Positions 10,765 through 20,553 of a stretch of DNA of 64,000 nucleotides are shown here, piece after piece (position 1 is the stretch's first letter; each line of letters opens with the position of its first letter). Made by a program: the position numbers and the translations under genes. This DNA is from Candidatus Kryptoniota bacterium (GTDB taxonomy: Bacteria; Bacteroidota; Ignavibacteria; Kryptoniales; JAKASW01), in NCBI GenBank assembly GCA_049966155.1, contig JBMFVE010000005.1:36330-100329 (forward strand). The letters run 5' to 3'. The notes beneath the pieces were generated by a model, which saw only the letters and a list, made by a program, of their open reading frames with translations, was not told where the DNA came from and made no database searches.

Positions 10765-11476
10765 ATGCTAATTAAATACATCACACCAATTACCGTAATC
10801 TTAATTATTTCCACGTCAGCACATGCTGACAGGAGATTCTATATATGGAGCTATCAATTCTCTACAGTAGCGCCAGGGGAATTGGAGCTGGAATCATATT
10901 CAACCCTTTCTTTTGTCAAGTCAGATTATACAATAAACTCTTTTCAGCAACAGTTCGAACTCGAATATGGAATTACCAGAAGACTCGATGTTAGTCTATA
11001 TCAAGTCGTTTCCAAAACTATTGCGTCTCCACTAAAATTGGAATCATCTAAGTTGAGGGGAAGATTGAAGTTATCGGAAAAAGGAAATTTGTTTGTAGAT
11101 CCTCTTATTTACCTTGAATGGGTAAGAAACTATGATTTCAAAAGGCCAAATATCATCGAAGCTAAAATAGTGCTTGCAAAAGATGTTGGCTTAATCAATT
11201 TTTCAATTAATGCAAGCGCTGAAAGAGAAATAACTAAAGGAGCTGAATTAGAAACTTCTGTAACGGCTGGAATTGGATACGAGATTTCTCCTGCGCTAAG
11301 ATTAGGAGTTGAATCCGTTAACGAAATTAATAAAGAAGGTGGCGGCAATTTTGGAGTCGGACCAACTATTTCTGCGTCGACAAAAGTAGCCTGGATAACG
11401 GGGGGGGGTTTACTACGGGATAACAAAAGATTCACCCGGCATTAACGCTCGTATAATCGTCGGGCTCGACCTATAA
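10765..11476 (+). pseudogene. putative outer-membrane beta-barrel protein, frameshifted at a G9 tract (pseudogene, phase-variable gene or assembly error)
   Basis: SD AAGGAG, signal peptide ending AHA/DRR, amphipathic beta-strands; removing one G at 11400-11408 gives ...GVYYGITKDSPGINARIIVGLDL*. Confidence 0.65.
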
Positions 11477-11544
11477 TTAAGATTTTGTCAATCCGTTATT
11501 AGCTCTTCTTAGTTCAACTAACAGGTTAATATGACTTCACTGAG

Positions 11545-11688
11545 GTGCAGAAATATACAAGTATTGAAAGAAAAGCCATCAGAATTCTCGTACAAAATTG
11601 CGGTGACTGCCATGCTGTACCAATCTTCGGCAATCGGAGTCAAAAAGATGACTTGAACCACTCAGATGGAATCATTAACGTTATTTAG
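11545..11688 (+). pseudogene. short ORF or relic with a c-type heme motif CGDCH
   Basis: Frame reads VQKYTSIERKAIRILVQNCGDCHAVPIF...; upstream in-frame stops. Confidence 0.4.
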
Positions 11689-11698
11689 ACTTTGTACA

Positions 11699-12151
11699 AT
11701 GAATAAAAGTGAAGCTGCCCGGCAAAAACTGCAAGAGTATTTAAAGGCGGCAAACTACCGAATAACTCCCGAGCGGTTCGAAGTACTTGATTACGTAATG
11801 GAAACAGACGGACATTTTGATGCTGACGAACTGTTTCTGAAGATGAAAAACTCAGGGAGTAAGGTATCGAGGGCGACTGTCTACAACACGCTGGATGTCC
11901 TTGAAGAATGCGGTCTTGTTTTCCGATCACGCTTGAAGGATCATGGTTCCCGCTTTGAAAGAGCATTCGGGAGAGTTCATCATGACCATTTGGTTTGCAT
12001 CGAATGCGGTAAAATTGTTGAATTTGTCGATGAAAGCATTGAAAATGCGCAGGAAGCGGTTGCAAAGAGCTTCAAGTTTAAGCTTATCAGTCATTCTCAT
12101 CAGATCTTTGGAATTTGCCCGGAATGCCAAAAGAAAGCTCAAAACAGTTGA
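11699..12151 (+). CDS. fur: Fur-family transcriptional regulator
   Basis: HFDADEL, SRATVYNTL, HHDHLVCIECG, CPEC. Confidence 0.9.
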   Translation: MNKSEAARQKLQEYLKAANYRITPERFEVLDYVMETDGHFDADELFLKMKNSGSKVSRATVYNTLDVLEECGLVFRSRLKDHGSRFERAFGRVHHDHLVCIECGKIVEFVDESIENAQEAVAKSFKFKLISHSHQIFGICPECQKKAQNS

Positions 12152-12223
12152 AAGCCGGAACAAAACATGCAAAACAGAAACAGGTTTAGATTTAAATTTG
12201 GTCAGGAACTTTCCACCGACACT

Positions 12224-12457
12224 GTGAAGACGCTAAATGATCTTCGGGTTGGTGAGGTCGCTCAAATCACTGGATTTTCAAACCATGGTGAAATTTATTT
12301 GAAGATTGAAGCTATGGGATTAAGACCTGGTCGAAAAATAAAAGTACTACAGCGACTCGGAAGAGGAATTCTTGTAAGCACCAGCACGTCACGAATCGTA
12401 ATAACATCTGATGTTGCTCGTAGCATAGAGGTAAAATGCGAAAGAAGATCACGGTAG
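12224..12457 (+). CDS. feoA: ferrous iron transport protein A (start uncertain: 12167 or 12224)
   Basis: SH3-like FeoA pattern LNDL..GE...AMGLRPG; precedes feoB. Confidence 0.85.
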   Translation: MKTLNDLRVGEVAQITGFSNHGEIYLKIEAMGLRPGRKIKVLQRLGRGILVSTSTSRIVITSDVARSIEVKCERRSR

Positions 12458-14508
12458 CTGTCACAGGCAACCCAAATGTTGGAAAAACAACAATACTCAA
12501 TCACGCAGCCAGAACAAATCTTTCCGTCGGCAACTGGCCCGGAGTAACTGTAGAAAGAAAGGAGGGATTTACAACTTATCGCGGGTATGAAATCCATCTT
12601 GTTGACCTACCGGGTATTTATACATTGGAACCAATATCAGAAGATGAAAAGATTGCCCATAACTTTCTCTCAGATGGTGATCCCGACGTGGTGCTGGACG
12701 TAATTGAGACAACCAACGCAGAGCGGGATTTACTGCTTACCTTAGAACTACTGGAATTCGGTAAACCAATGGTAATTGCTCTTAACATGATTGATGAGGC
12801 AGAAAGACAGGGGGTCATCGTAAATACAGCTCATATGAGTGAAGTTTTAGATATACCGGTTGTCAAAACAAATGGCAAAAATGGGGATGGGGTGGATAAA
12901 CTCCTGGATGCAATAGTGGACGTTTATCAGAATCAAAGAACCCCGAAGCTGATTAAATACAATGATAAGTTCGAGGAAGCCCTGGCGCAAATTCGTCAAC
13001 AGAGCAACAATGGAAATATTAATAGACACACGCTGATCGATATTCTTTCAAAAAGCGAAAATGGTAAGACACAGCGAGCATTGCTGGAGAAGTTTTACAA
13101 GAAGAACATCGCAACTATTATCAAAGACGAGAGATATTCTTTTGCAAATGGATTTTTTGCAGAAGTTTTCAAAAAGAAAAACTCTACTGCAAGAGATATT
13201 ACGGACAGGATCGACAGGGTTGTTTTACATCCCGTTTACGGTTTTTTTATTTTCCTTGCGGCTATGTTCCTCCTCTTTAAAATTTCCTTTGATTTCTCAA
13301 ATCCGTTAATGGACTGGATTGATGGGTTCATTAATAACTTTCTTTCGCCTGCTGTTTCAACGGTTTTGATGAAAGCGGGTGCGACCGAATGGATGCTGAG
13401 GTTTTTTTCTGAGGCTGTGGTAGGTGGAGTTGGATTCGTTATCACTTTTGTCCCGCTAATTGGCACAATTTACTTTTTACTGGCACTCCTCGAAATGTCT
13501 GGCTATATGCCGCGAATTGCATTCCTCATGGATAGATTCATGCACAAACTCGGTTTACACGGCAAAGGAATGATCCCTCTTCTTTTAGGTTTTGGCTGCA
13601 ATGTGCCCGCAATAATGGCAACACGCACCCTTGAAAACAAGCGAGACAAATTGCTGGTAATCGCAATGATCCCGTTCATGAGCTGTCCAGCACGACTTAT
13701 TGTATTTTCATTCTTTGCCGTTCTTTTCTTCAGCAATCCTGCTGTTGTCATTTTTTCCTTATATATGCTTGGAATTCTGGTCGGACTAATGACAGCATTT
13801 TTCTTGAGGAAAACCGCTTTCAAAGGACGATTGTCTCACTTTGTAATGGAACTTCCACCTTACCGTGCACCATCGCTGACAACTGTAATAAGAATTGTCT
13901 GGGCACAGATAAAAAACTTTCTATACAGGGCCGGCACATTGATATTTGCCGCATCTGTCGTCATCTGGGTGCTACTGAATACTCCACCTGGAATTAAGAA
14001 CCCATCCCAAAGCTTTGCTGCTTACATTGGTAAATCAATAACACCTGTTTTCAAACCCATTGGAATTAAAGATTGGCGAATTTCAACTTCACTGATCCCA
14101 GCTTTCCTTGCACGGGAAATTGTTCTGAGCTCCATGGGAACAATTTATTCTGTCAATGTTGATATTGAAAAGAAGAATTTCAATGTGGTCGATGAACTGG
14201 AGAGGCAGACTATAAATCTCATTGTCGCTGTCAAGGAAAGCATTCTTTCTTTAATTAAACCAGGCATCAGCACCCTAAAAACTGATACGGGCAATACCAA
14301 TCTCAGAAATGTAATCAAAGCAAGTTTCACTCGCGCATCAGCTCTCTCTTTCATGATATTTCTTCTATTATACACTTCCTGTCTGGCCACAGTCGCAGTT
14401 ATGGCCCGAGAAGCAGGGAAATGGATCGCCATGGCCTTTCTTACATATAGTTTTGTGATCGCCTGGGTAGTTGCCTTTATTGTTTACAACATAGGTATAG
14501 CATTATGA
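12436..14508 (+). CDS. feoB: ferrous iron transport protein B
   Basis: GNPNVGKT, NWPGVTVE, DLPG, NMID GTPase motifs; GFGCNVPA and PFMSC membrane motifs. Confidence 0.97.
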   Translation: MRKKITVAVTGNPNVGKTTILNHAARTNLSVGNWPGVTVERKEGFTTYRGYEIHLVDLPGIYTLEPISEDEKIAHNFLSDGDPDVVLDVIETTNAERDLLLTLELLEFGKPMVIALNMIDEAERQGVIVNTAHMSEVLDIPVVKTNGKNGDGVDKLLDAIVDVYQNQRTPKLIKYNDKFEEALAQIRQQSNNGNINRHTLIDILSKSENGKTQRALLEKFYKKNIATIIKDERYSFANGFFAEVFKKKNSTARDITDRIDRVVLHPVYGFFIFLAAMFLLFKISFDFSNPLMDWIDGFINNFLSPAVSTVLMKAGATEWMLRFFSEAVVGGVGFVITFVPLIGTIYFLLALLEMSGYMPRIAFLMDRFMHKLGLHGKGMIPLLLGFGCNVPAIMATRTLENKRDKLLVIAMIPFMSCPARLIVFSFFAVLFFSNPAVVIFSLYMLGILVGLMTAFFLRKTAFKGRLSHFVMELPPYRAPSLTTVIRIVWAQIKNFLYRAGTLIFAASVVIWVLLNTPPGIKNPSQSFAAYIGKSITPVFKPIGIKDWRISTSLIPAFLAREIVLSSMGTIYSVNVDIEKKNFNVVDELERQTINLIVAVKESILSLIKPGISTLKTDTGNTNLRNVIKASFTRASALSFMIFLLLYTSCLATVAVMAREAGKWIAMAFLTYSFVIAWVVAFIVYNIGIAL

Positions 14509-14606
14509 CAGGAGAAATTATATTTATAGCAATAATACTTCTTATTGCTGCAATCTTAATGAGAAGATCAATTAAATCCAGAAGCAAAGGAGATTGCTGC
14601 AAGTAG
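14505..14606 (+). CDS. 33-aa FeoB-associated Cys-containing membrane peptide
   Basis: ATGA overlap with feoB stop; MTGEIIFIAIILLIAAILMRRSIKSRSKGDCCK. Confidence 0.7.
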   Translation: MTGEIIFIAIILLIAAILMRRSIKSRSKGDCCK

Positions 14607-14707
14607 TTCCCCTGATATCTTCGTACAGCTTTGTTAATTGTTAAATAAATTACCATTAAGTTTCTGAATATTCATCTTATTCTCGGGTCTACTGGTTTTT
14701 CCCATCC

Positions 14708-17700
14708 TCAGTTAATCTTTATCCCCATCCCCAAAAGACATCTCATCCCTTCACGGGAATAAAACTCGCAGTGCTTACAGTGATTTGTTCTTGTTGGCAG
14801 ATCTTCCAGGCCAAATTCGAGCGACTTCAGCTCACTTATGAGCCTCTGAAGTTCACCAGCAAACGTTTCAAGCTCATCTGCTTGGTAAGTCTTACTCAGT
14901 GAAAGATTTTTCTTTCGTGTGAAGACCAGTGTTGCCTGCACCGACTTCTGATCAGGATTGACCATTCTACATAAAAGTGCATACAACTTCATCTGTATCT
15001 CATACTCTCTGTAAATTTCTTCAATATTACGGTCAATTCTATTGGTTTTGTAGTCGACAATTTGAAATCCCTTCTCACTTTTGACCATGAGATCAATTGT
15101 ACCTGTCAGGTAATCTTCCCCGAACTTTTGTGTGATTGTTTGTTCAACATAAATTTGACCCGTTAAATTAAGTCTTCCTATAGTTTCAATGGCGTTTGCT
15201 ATATTTCGTTCAATATCAATCATCAAATCAGAGGCTTTACTTTGATCCAGTCGAATAGACCTTTCTGACAAAATTGCGTTTTTCACTGATGCAGCTATCA
15301 TTTGATTATCAACTATCGACAATTCAGGTATGAGTTGTTGAAGCGCTTTATGGATTACACGCCCTTTAATTGTGGAAAGAATTTCATCGCTAAATTCAGA
15401 AGCTTCATCGGGATCCCAGACAATTTCCGGAGTTGGCAGACCAATCCGATATCTTAGAAAATATTTTGTCGGACAAATCTTATAGGTTTGCAAAACAGTC
15501 GCCGAATAAATCTCTCCACCAACGTTTGCTGAAAGGCCCTCTATCCGGATATCACCCAGTTGAATGCTTGACTTGACTTCAGGTTCTTCGCCAACTTTTG
15601 TTTCGGGGATACTACGATAAAGAATTACATTTGCACCATTGCAATTTATGAGATCCCCGTCAACAATGGAACTCAGGTCAACTTTTTCCTTAAGGATTTC
15701 AGCAAATGACATTTTTGTGGTATGTTCAGCTGTTGCCAATATTAGCTTGTCTTTTGCACGTGTACAGGCAACGTAGAATAATCTTGTCACCTCGGCTCTT
15801 TCATTTATCTCCTCGAGCTTTTTGTAAATCGCAAATTCTTTTGGAATACCTTGATCAAGAAGAGGGATAATCCCAACATCGTCGTTTACAATCACCTTCC
15901 TTTTAGTTTCCACCCCGGTATTGCAAAAAGGTAAGAAGACCACGGGGAATTCAAGTCCTTTTGCTGAATGTATGGTAAGTATTTTTACGGCATTCGACAT
16001 CTCTTCAAATGAGGCTTGCCCCTCATCGCCTTCTTCTTTAGCGTCCTTTATACGCTCTACAAAATCATACAGACTACTGAATCCACGCCCTTCAAACCCA
16101 CGTGCAATTTCTTTCAGTTTTCTTAAATTTGCCAGACGCTGCGTGTCCCCTGCCTGGTTGCCTCCCACCGAAAAGTCTGTTCCCAGCCATCCAGTACGCG
16201 CTAATATTCTATCCAGCAACTGAGGTATATTTAACCGGTAGGCAAACTGGGTCTCCTCGCGAAGAACTTCAGAAGCATACCTGACTTCCTCGGAAGCCAC
16301 ACCTGACGCTGCAAAATTCTTAAGCTTTTCAAATAAGCATTCACCTGATGCATTTGATATGCGTAAAAGCTCTTCGTCAGAGATCCCGAACATGGGAGAC
16401 CGCAAAACAGTTAACAAACTGACATCCGAGTAGGTATCCTGTAAAAAAGTCAGGTAGTTTGTCAAATCAAGAATTTCTTGGGATGAATAAAAACCTCTTC
16501 CCGATATGACAACATGTGGAATATTGTGTTTCTTTAACGCATTTTCCAGACTTGCAAGATGAGTTCTTGTCCGAAGTAAAACCGCAATATCACCATAATC
16601 AATCCTTGACGGGACTTCAACACCGTCAATATTTCTGCTAATTTCTTCTTCGTTCTCAACCATTCTTTTAATTCGTGCAGCAACAAAATTCGATTGCAGC
16701 TCGATTGGGGTGAGTTCTGAATCATCCGTCTGATTCCTCCGTCCCGCATAAAATATCTCAACAGGACTTGCGGCCGAAACGGTTCGGACGGGTTTAATTG
16801 GATTATAATCGGCTTCAAAAGTTGATTTAAATCCCAGCAGTTTGTAAAGTGGGTTCGTTTTCATAATATCCGCAAAAAGCCAATCGACAAACTTAGCTAT
16901 TTGTTCGTTCATGCGAAAACTTTCGGCCAGAGTAATTACATCGGAGTCCTGCAGTTCTCTCAGGTCTTCTTCTGTTTTTTTAAATACCTCCACCTGTGCG
17001 TTCCTAAATCTATATATAGATTGTTTCGGATCTCCAACAACAAAAAGCCTGCCACCGACAGAAAAATCTTTCATCAGCACCCTGAAAATGTCATACTGCA
17101 AAAAGTTTGTATCCTGATATTCATCTACCATTATTTGCTTAAACCTGCTACTCAGGACGTTGCTAACAGTACTGTTGAATTTCAGTAATTTCAGAACAAA
17201 AAGCTGAAGATCGTCAAAATCAAGAAAGCCGCGAGAATTTTTTCTTTCGTTATATCGCTTTTCAGCGGCAAGATACAAATCATAAATCGTATGGACATCG
17301 TCAAGATATTGTTGAACAGACATTGCTGGTGGTCCCTCAGGATCATCGTTCCCCGATAGTATTTGGTAAGTGCTCCTTAGAATTTCGTAAATCTGGCGAT
17401 CAGTAAAATTAGCATTGGGAAATATTTCCACCCCTGCTCTCAACTGATACCCCTTTGTAAGAATCGACTCCAGGATCCTTGATATCTGTGGCAACAACAG
17501 ATGATTACTCTCTGTTTTATTACAGAATTCTTCTAGGGATTCAACAGCAGAGAGAAAAACCTCTTTGCCCCTTCCGCTATGTCTGATCGAGTTCCGTGAT
17601 ATTTCTGCAATAAGTTTACCTAGCCGCCGCCAGTGGTCAATTAACATTTCTTTACGAGGTACAGGGCTGCCGGAACCGTCACCCAGGACATCATAAATGA

Positions 17701-18259
17701 TTCTCTTATGTTCAAGCTTTTCCCGATGTGAAAACAATTCACCCAGTATGTCAAGGGTTTGCCTATAACCAAATCTAACAAGAAATTGGTGAGTTTTCCT
17801 CGAAAATGAAGTTTCTTCTGACAGAGAATCAATTACCGCTTCTTCTAACGAATCCCTTTTAAGTGATGCAGCATCTAAATCCTCAAGGACTTTGAAATTT
17901 GCATCCACACCCGCCTCAACCGGAAATTCTCTTAGAATATTTAAGCAAAACGAATGAATTGTACTAATATTTGCTTCAAGCATATTTGATTTTGCCTGCC
18001 TGTACCTCGAAATAATTTCACGTGGCTCTGAACTGTTCATTCGCTCTTCCAGCGCCCCACCAATCCGTTCACGAAGCTCAAGTGCAGCCCTGTCTGTAAA
18101 TGTAAGGCAGAGTATCTCTTCGACTCCAATCCCGCTTCGAATAGCGGACAGGAACCGTTCAACTATAACGCTTGTTTTCCCGGAACCGGCATTTGCAACT
18201 ACAGATATATGCCTTGATATGTCGAGGGTCTGGATTTGCGATCCTGTTAACTGTTTCAC
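14708..18259 (-). CDS. AddA/RecB-like UvrD helicase with C-terminal PD-(D/E)XK nuclease
   Basis: ANAGSGKT, DEYQDTN, VGDPKQSIYRFR, TIHSAKGLEF, YVACTRA, GTIDL...DYKT. Confidence 0.9.
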   Translation of the reverse strand: MKQLTGSQIQTLDISRHISVVANAGSGKTSVIVERFLSAIRSGIGVEEILCLTFTDRAALELRERIGGALEERMNSSEPREIISRYRQAKSNMLEANISTIHSFCLNILREFPVEAGVDANFKVLEDLDAASLKRDSLEEAVIDSLSEETSFSRKTHQFLVRFGYRQTLDILGELFSHREKLEHKRIIYDVLGDGSGSPVPRKEMLIDHWRRLGKLIAEISRNSIRHSGRGKEVFLSAVESLEEFCNKTESNHLLLPQISRILESILTKGYQLRAGVEIFPNANFTDRQIYEILRSTYQILSGNDDPEGPPAMSVQQYLDDVHTIYDLYLAAEKRYNERKNSRGFLDFDDLQLFVLKLLKFNSTVSNVLSSRFKQIMVDEYQDTNFLQYDIFRVLMKDFSVGGRLFVVGDPKQSIYRFRNAQVEVFKKTEEDLRELQDSDVITLAESFRMNEQIAKFVDWLFADIMKTNPLYKLLGFKSTFEADYNPIKPVRTVSAASPVEIFYAGRRNQTDDSELTPIELQSNFVAARIKRMVENEEEISRNIDGVEVPSRIDYGDIAVLLRTRTHLASLENALKKHNIPHVVISGRGFYSSQEILDLTNYLTFLQDTYSDVSLLTVLRSPMFGISDEELLRISNASGECLFEKLKNFAASGVASEEVRYASEVLREETQFAYRLNIPQLLDRILARTGWLGTDFSVGGNQAGDTQRLANLRKLKEIARGFEGRGFSSLYDFVERIKDAKEEGDEGQASFEEMSNAVKILTIHSAKGLEFPVVFLPFCNTGVETKRKVIVNDDVGIIPLLDQGIPKEFAIYKKLEEINERAEVTRLFYVACTRAKDKLILATAEHTTKMSFAEILKEKVDLSSIVDGDLINCNGANVILYRSIPETKVGEEPEVKSSIQLGDIRIEGLSANVGGEIYSATVLQTYKICPTKYFLRYRIGLPTPEIVWDPDEASEFSDEILSTIKGRVIHKALQQLIPELSIVDNQMIAASVKNAILSERSIRLDQSKASDLMIDIERNIANAIETIGRLNLTGQIYVEQTITQKFGEDYLTGTIDLMVKSEKGFQIVDYKTNRIDRNIEEIYREYEIQMKLYALLCRMVNPDQKSVQATLVFTRKKNLSLSKTYQADELETFAGELQRLISELKSLEFGLEDLPTRTNHCKHCEFYSREGMRCLLGMGIKIN

Positions 18260-18960
18260 TTTAGCCCCTCATATAAGTACTTCCATTTTGCATATAGCTG
18301 AGCGGTCGCCAGAACATCACCCATACAATACTGAGCGATTTCGTTATACCTTCTTGCCCGAAAGTATTCATTGATATCATACCCGGTAATGCCGTGTGAT
18401 TTTGGGCTCTCGATTCCAAAAGCCTTACAATAAAAATCCAGATTAAACTTTCTTGTCACGCCGTGAAATGTTAGCTCTTCCAAAAGGTCAATATGATTTT
18501 TCATTGAATATCGCGAACCAGCCATTAAATTTAGCGACGGTCTAATCCCTAAAATTCCCGAGCGCAGCATGAGAAATGGACAATCGAAGCTTCTGCCATT
18601 AAATGTCACAAAGACATCAAATTTGGAAATAAATTCCCAAAATTTAGTAAGCATATTCAGCTCGTTAGTTCCGACAAACGTATAACTGTGTTCAGGGTCC
18701 TTTTTCTCAAATTTCACCTCTTCGTCAGAATAAAATAGGGAAAAACCATTCCCGGATTCAATATTTAATAGTGCAATCGCAACAACGCGAGAAGTAAGGG
18801 GCCATAGACTTAATTGCCCTAATATTTCCTCTCGCGCCTTTTGTCGTAATTCCTCATTTTCCTCCCTGTCAGCTGACTTCATTAAGTAATCCTTCTGCAT
18901 CTGGTCAAATTCATCAAAATTGAATGCCGACGTCTCAATATCGAATACCACTGTTGACAT
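18256..18960 (-). CDS. PolB-like 3'-5' exonuclease (RNase H fold)
   Basis: VFDIET, FNGRSFD, YCMGDV (DEDDy motifs). Confidence 0.85.
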   Translation of the reverse strand: MSTVVFDIETSAFNFDEFDQMQKDYLMKSADREENEELRQKAREEILGQLSLWPLTSRVVAIALLNIESGNGFSLFYSDEEVKFEKKDPEHSYTFVGTNELNMLTKFWEFISKFDVFVTFNGRSFDCPFLMLRSGILGIRPSLNLMAGSRYSMKNHIDLLEELTFHGVTRKFNLDFYCKAFGIESPKSHGITGYDINEYFRARRYNEIAQYCMGDVLATAQLYAKWKYLYEGLK

Positions 18961-19069
18961 ACCTGCCTCCCAAAGTTTATATCTCCTTTGAATAGAACAA
19001 ATGCTCCAGTCGAATAGCTAACCTGTGAAAGGAATAGAAGCCTGTGATACTTGCGGCAACTTAAACCGA

Positions 19070-19564
19070 CTACTGCTCTGCTTCTACTTCGAGTCGAACT
19101 ATTTCGTAACCCTTTTTGGATTCCAAAACACCAAAAATTACTCCAACAAAAACAGCAATCATTCCTCCAAGAAAGACCAATATGGAGAACTCCTCCCACC
19201 AGGTAAATATCCGGAACAATCCTGCGCCTATTGAGATAGAACAGAGAACAAACATCGCCGCTGCAGTAGTGTAACTCAGAACTGAATTCCTGACGAGCAG
19301 CGCACGAATGCTCAAATCACCCAGTTGACGTGTTGCGCTTTCCAAACGCAAATTTTCCTCCGGAGTAAAATCTTTTTCTGCTGCCCTATGTATAAGCCTC
19401 CTTTTCTCGTCATTAATCAGCCGAATGCGGTTCACAACATTAGAGTATTTATTGTTGGCACTAAGGAGTAATAGTCCACACGCATTGATCATTACAGCCG
19501 GGGCAAGCATGTACTGTATTACCCTGACAGCATCAAAACCTTGATTACCTGCAAACATCACCAA
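19070..19564 (-). CDS. DUF2721-like membrane protein
   Basis: APAVMI...LL...N...R.R pattern; three hydrophobic segments. Confidence 0.65.
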   Translation of the reverse strand: MVMFAGNQGFDAVRVIQYMLAPAVMINACGLLLLSANNKYSNVVNRIRLINDEKRRLIHRAAEKDFTPEENLRLESATRQLGDLSIRALLVRNSVLSYTTAAAMFVLCSISIGAGLFRIFTWWEEFSILVFLGGMIAVFVGVIFGVLESKKGYEIVRLEVEAEQ

Positions 19565-19716
19565 GCATCCATTTTGTAAATTTTATTTCAATAAATATAA
19601 TAAATCTCTATTGAAGACGAAGACATATTATGTATGTTGTTCCCTGGTTGTATAGTTATTATGGAAAAATGCTTTTTGTACAATGTATATAAAGAGTTTA
19701 TCAGTTAAATTTTTGC

Positions 19717-20496
19717 ATGAATAGTAAACCACATATTTTAGTTTCAAATGACGATGGAATAGATGCTGAAGGACTATACGTTCTCGTTAAAGCACTTAAA
19801 CAGTTTGCCAGTGTGTCAGTAGTTGCGCCCAGCATTCAACAGAGTGCAGTGGGACATGCAATAACAGTGCGGACGCCACTGAGAGTGCACAAATTCTACA
19901 GAGATGGAAAGCCTTTTGGCTATGCTGTGGATGGCACCCCTGCAGATTGCGTGAAGCTTGCTATCCGCACTCTCTTGAAAGCTAAGCCCGACCTTGTCAT
20001 CTCGGGTATTAACGATGGGCTTAATACTGCGGTAAACGTAATTTACTCAGGAACCGTAAGCGCTGCAACTGAAGGAACGATACTCGGCATTCCGTCGATC
20101 GCTGTTTCTCTTGAAAGTACACGCAAACCCAACTTTGAACCTGCAGCAAAAATTGCAATGTCAATTGCCAGATTTGTATGCAAGAAAAGGCTTCCCGGTG
20201 ACACAGTTTTGAACGTCAACGTACCTGCGCTTCCTGTTGCGAAGATAAAGGGAATAATGTTTACCAGACAGGGAAGGTCCCGATGGGACGACGAATTTTT
20301 CCAACGAAAGGATCCAAAGAACAGAGACTACTACTGGCTTGCCGGTAAGATGCAGATTCTTGACAGTGAGGGGGATGTTGACCAGGTGGCTTTGAAACAT
20401 GGATACATTTCAATTACCCCAATACATTTCGATTTAACGCATTATGATTTCTTGGAGAAAATGAGGAGAGAATGGAGCCTGGACATAAGACGTTGA
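19717..20496 (+). CDS. surE: 5'/3'-nucleotidase SurE
   Basis: SNDDGI, GTPADC, SGIN, YSGTV. Confidence 0.96.
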   Translation: MNSKPHILVSNDDGIDAEGLYVLVKALKQFASVSVVAPSIQQSAVGHAITVRTPLRVHKFYRDGKPFGYAVDGTPADCVKLAIRTLLKAKPDLVISGINDGLNTAVNVIYSGTVSAATEGTILGIPSIAVSLESTRKPNFEPAAKIAMSIARFVCKKRLPGDTVLNVNVPALPVAKIKGIMFTRQGRSRWDDEFFQRKDPKNRDYYWLAGKMQILDSEGDVDQVALKHGYISITPIHFDLTHYDFLEKMRREWSLDIRR

Positions 20497-20553
20497 ACCA
20501 GAGTGGTGTGAGTGTTCGCCCTGTCGCCCATGATCCCGGCGCCTCCTCCTTTT

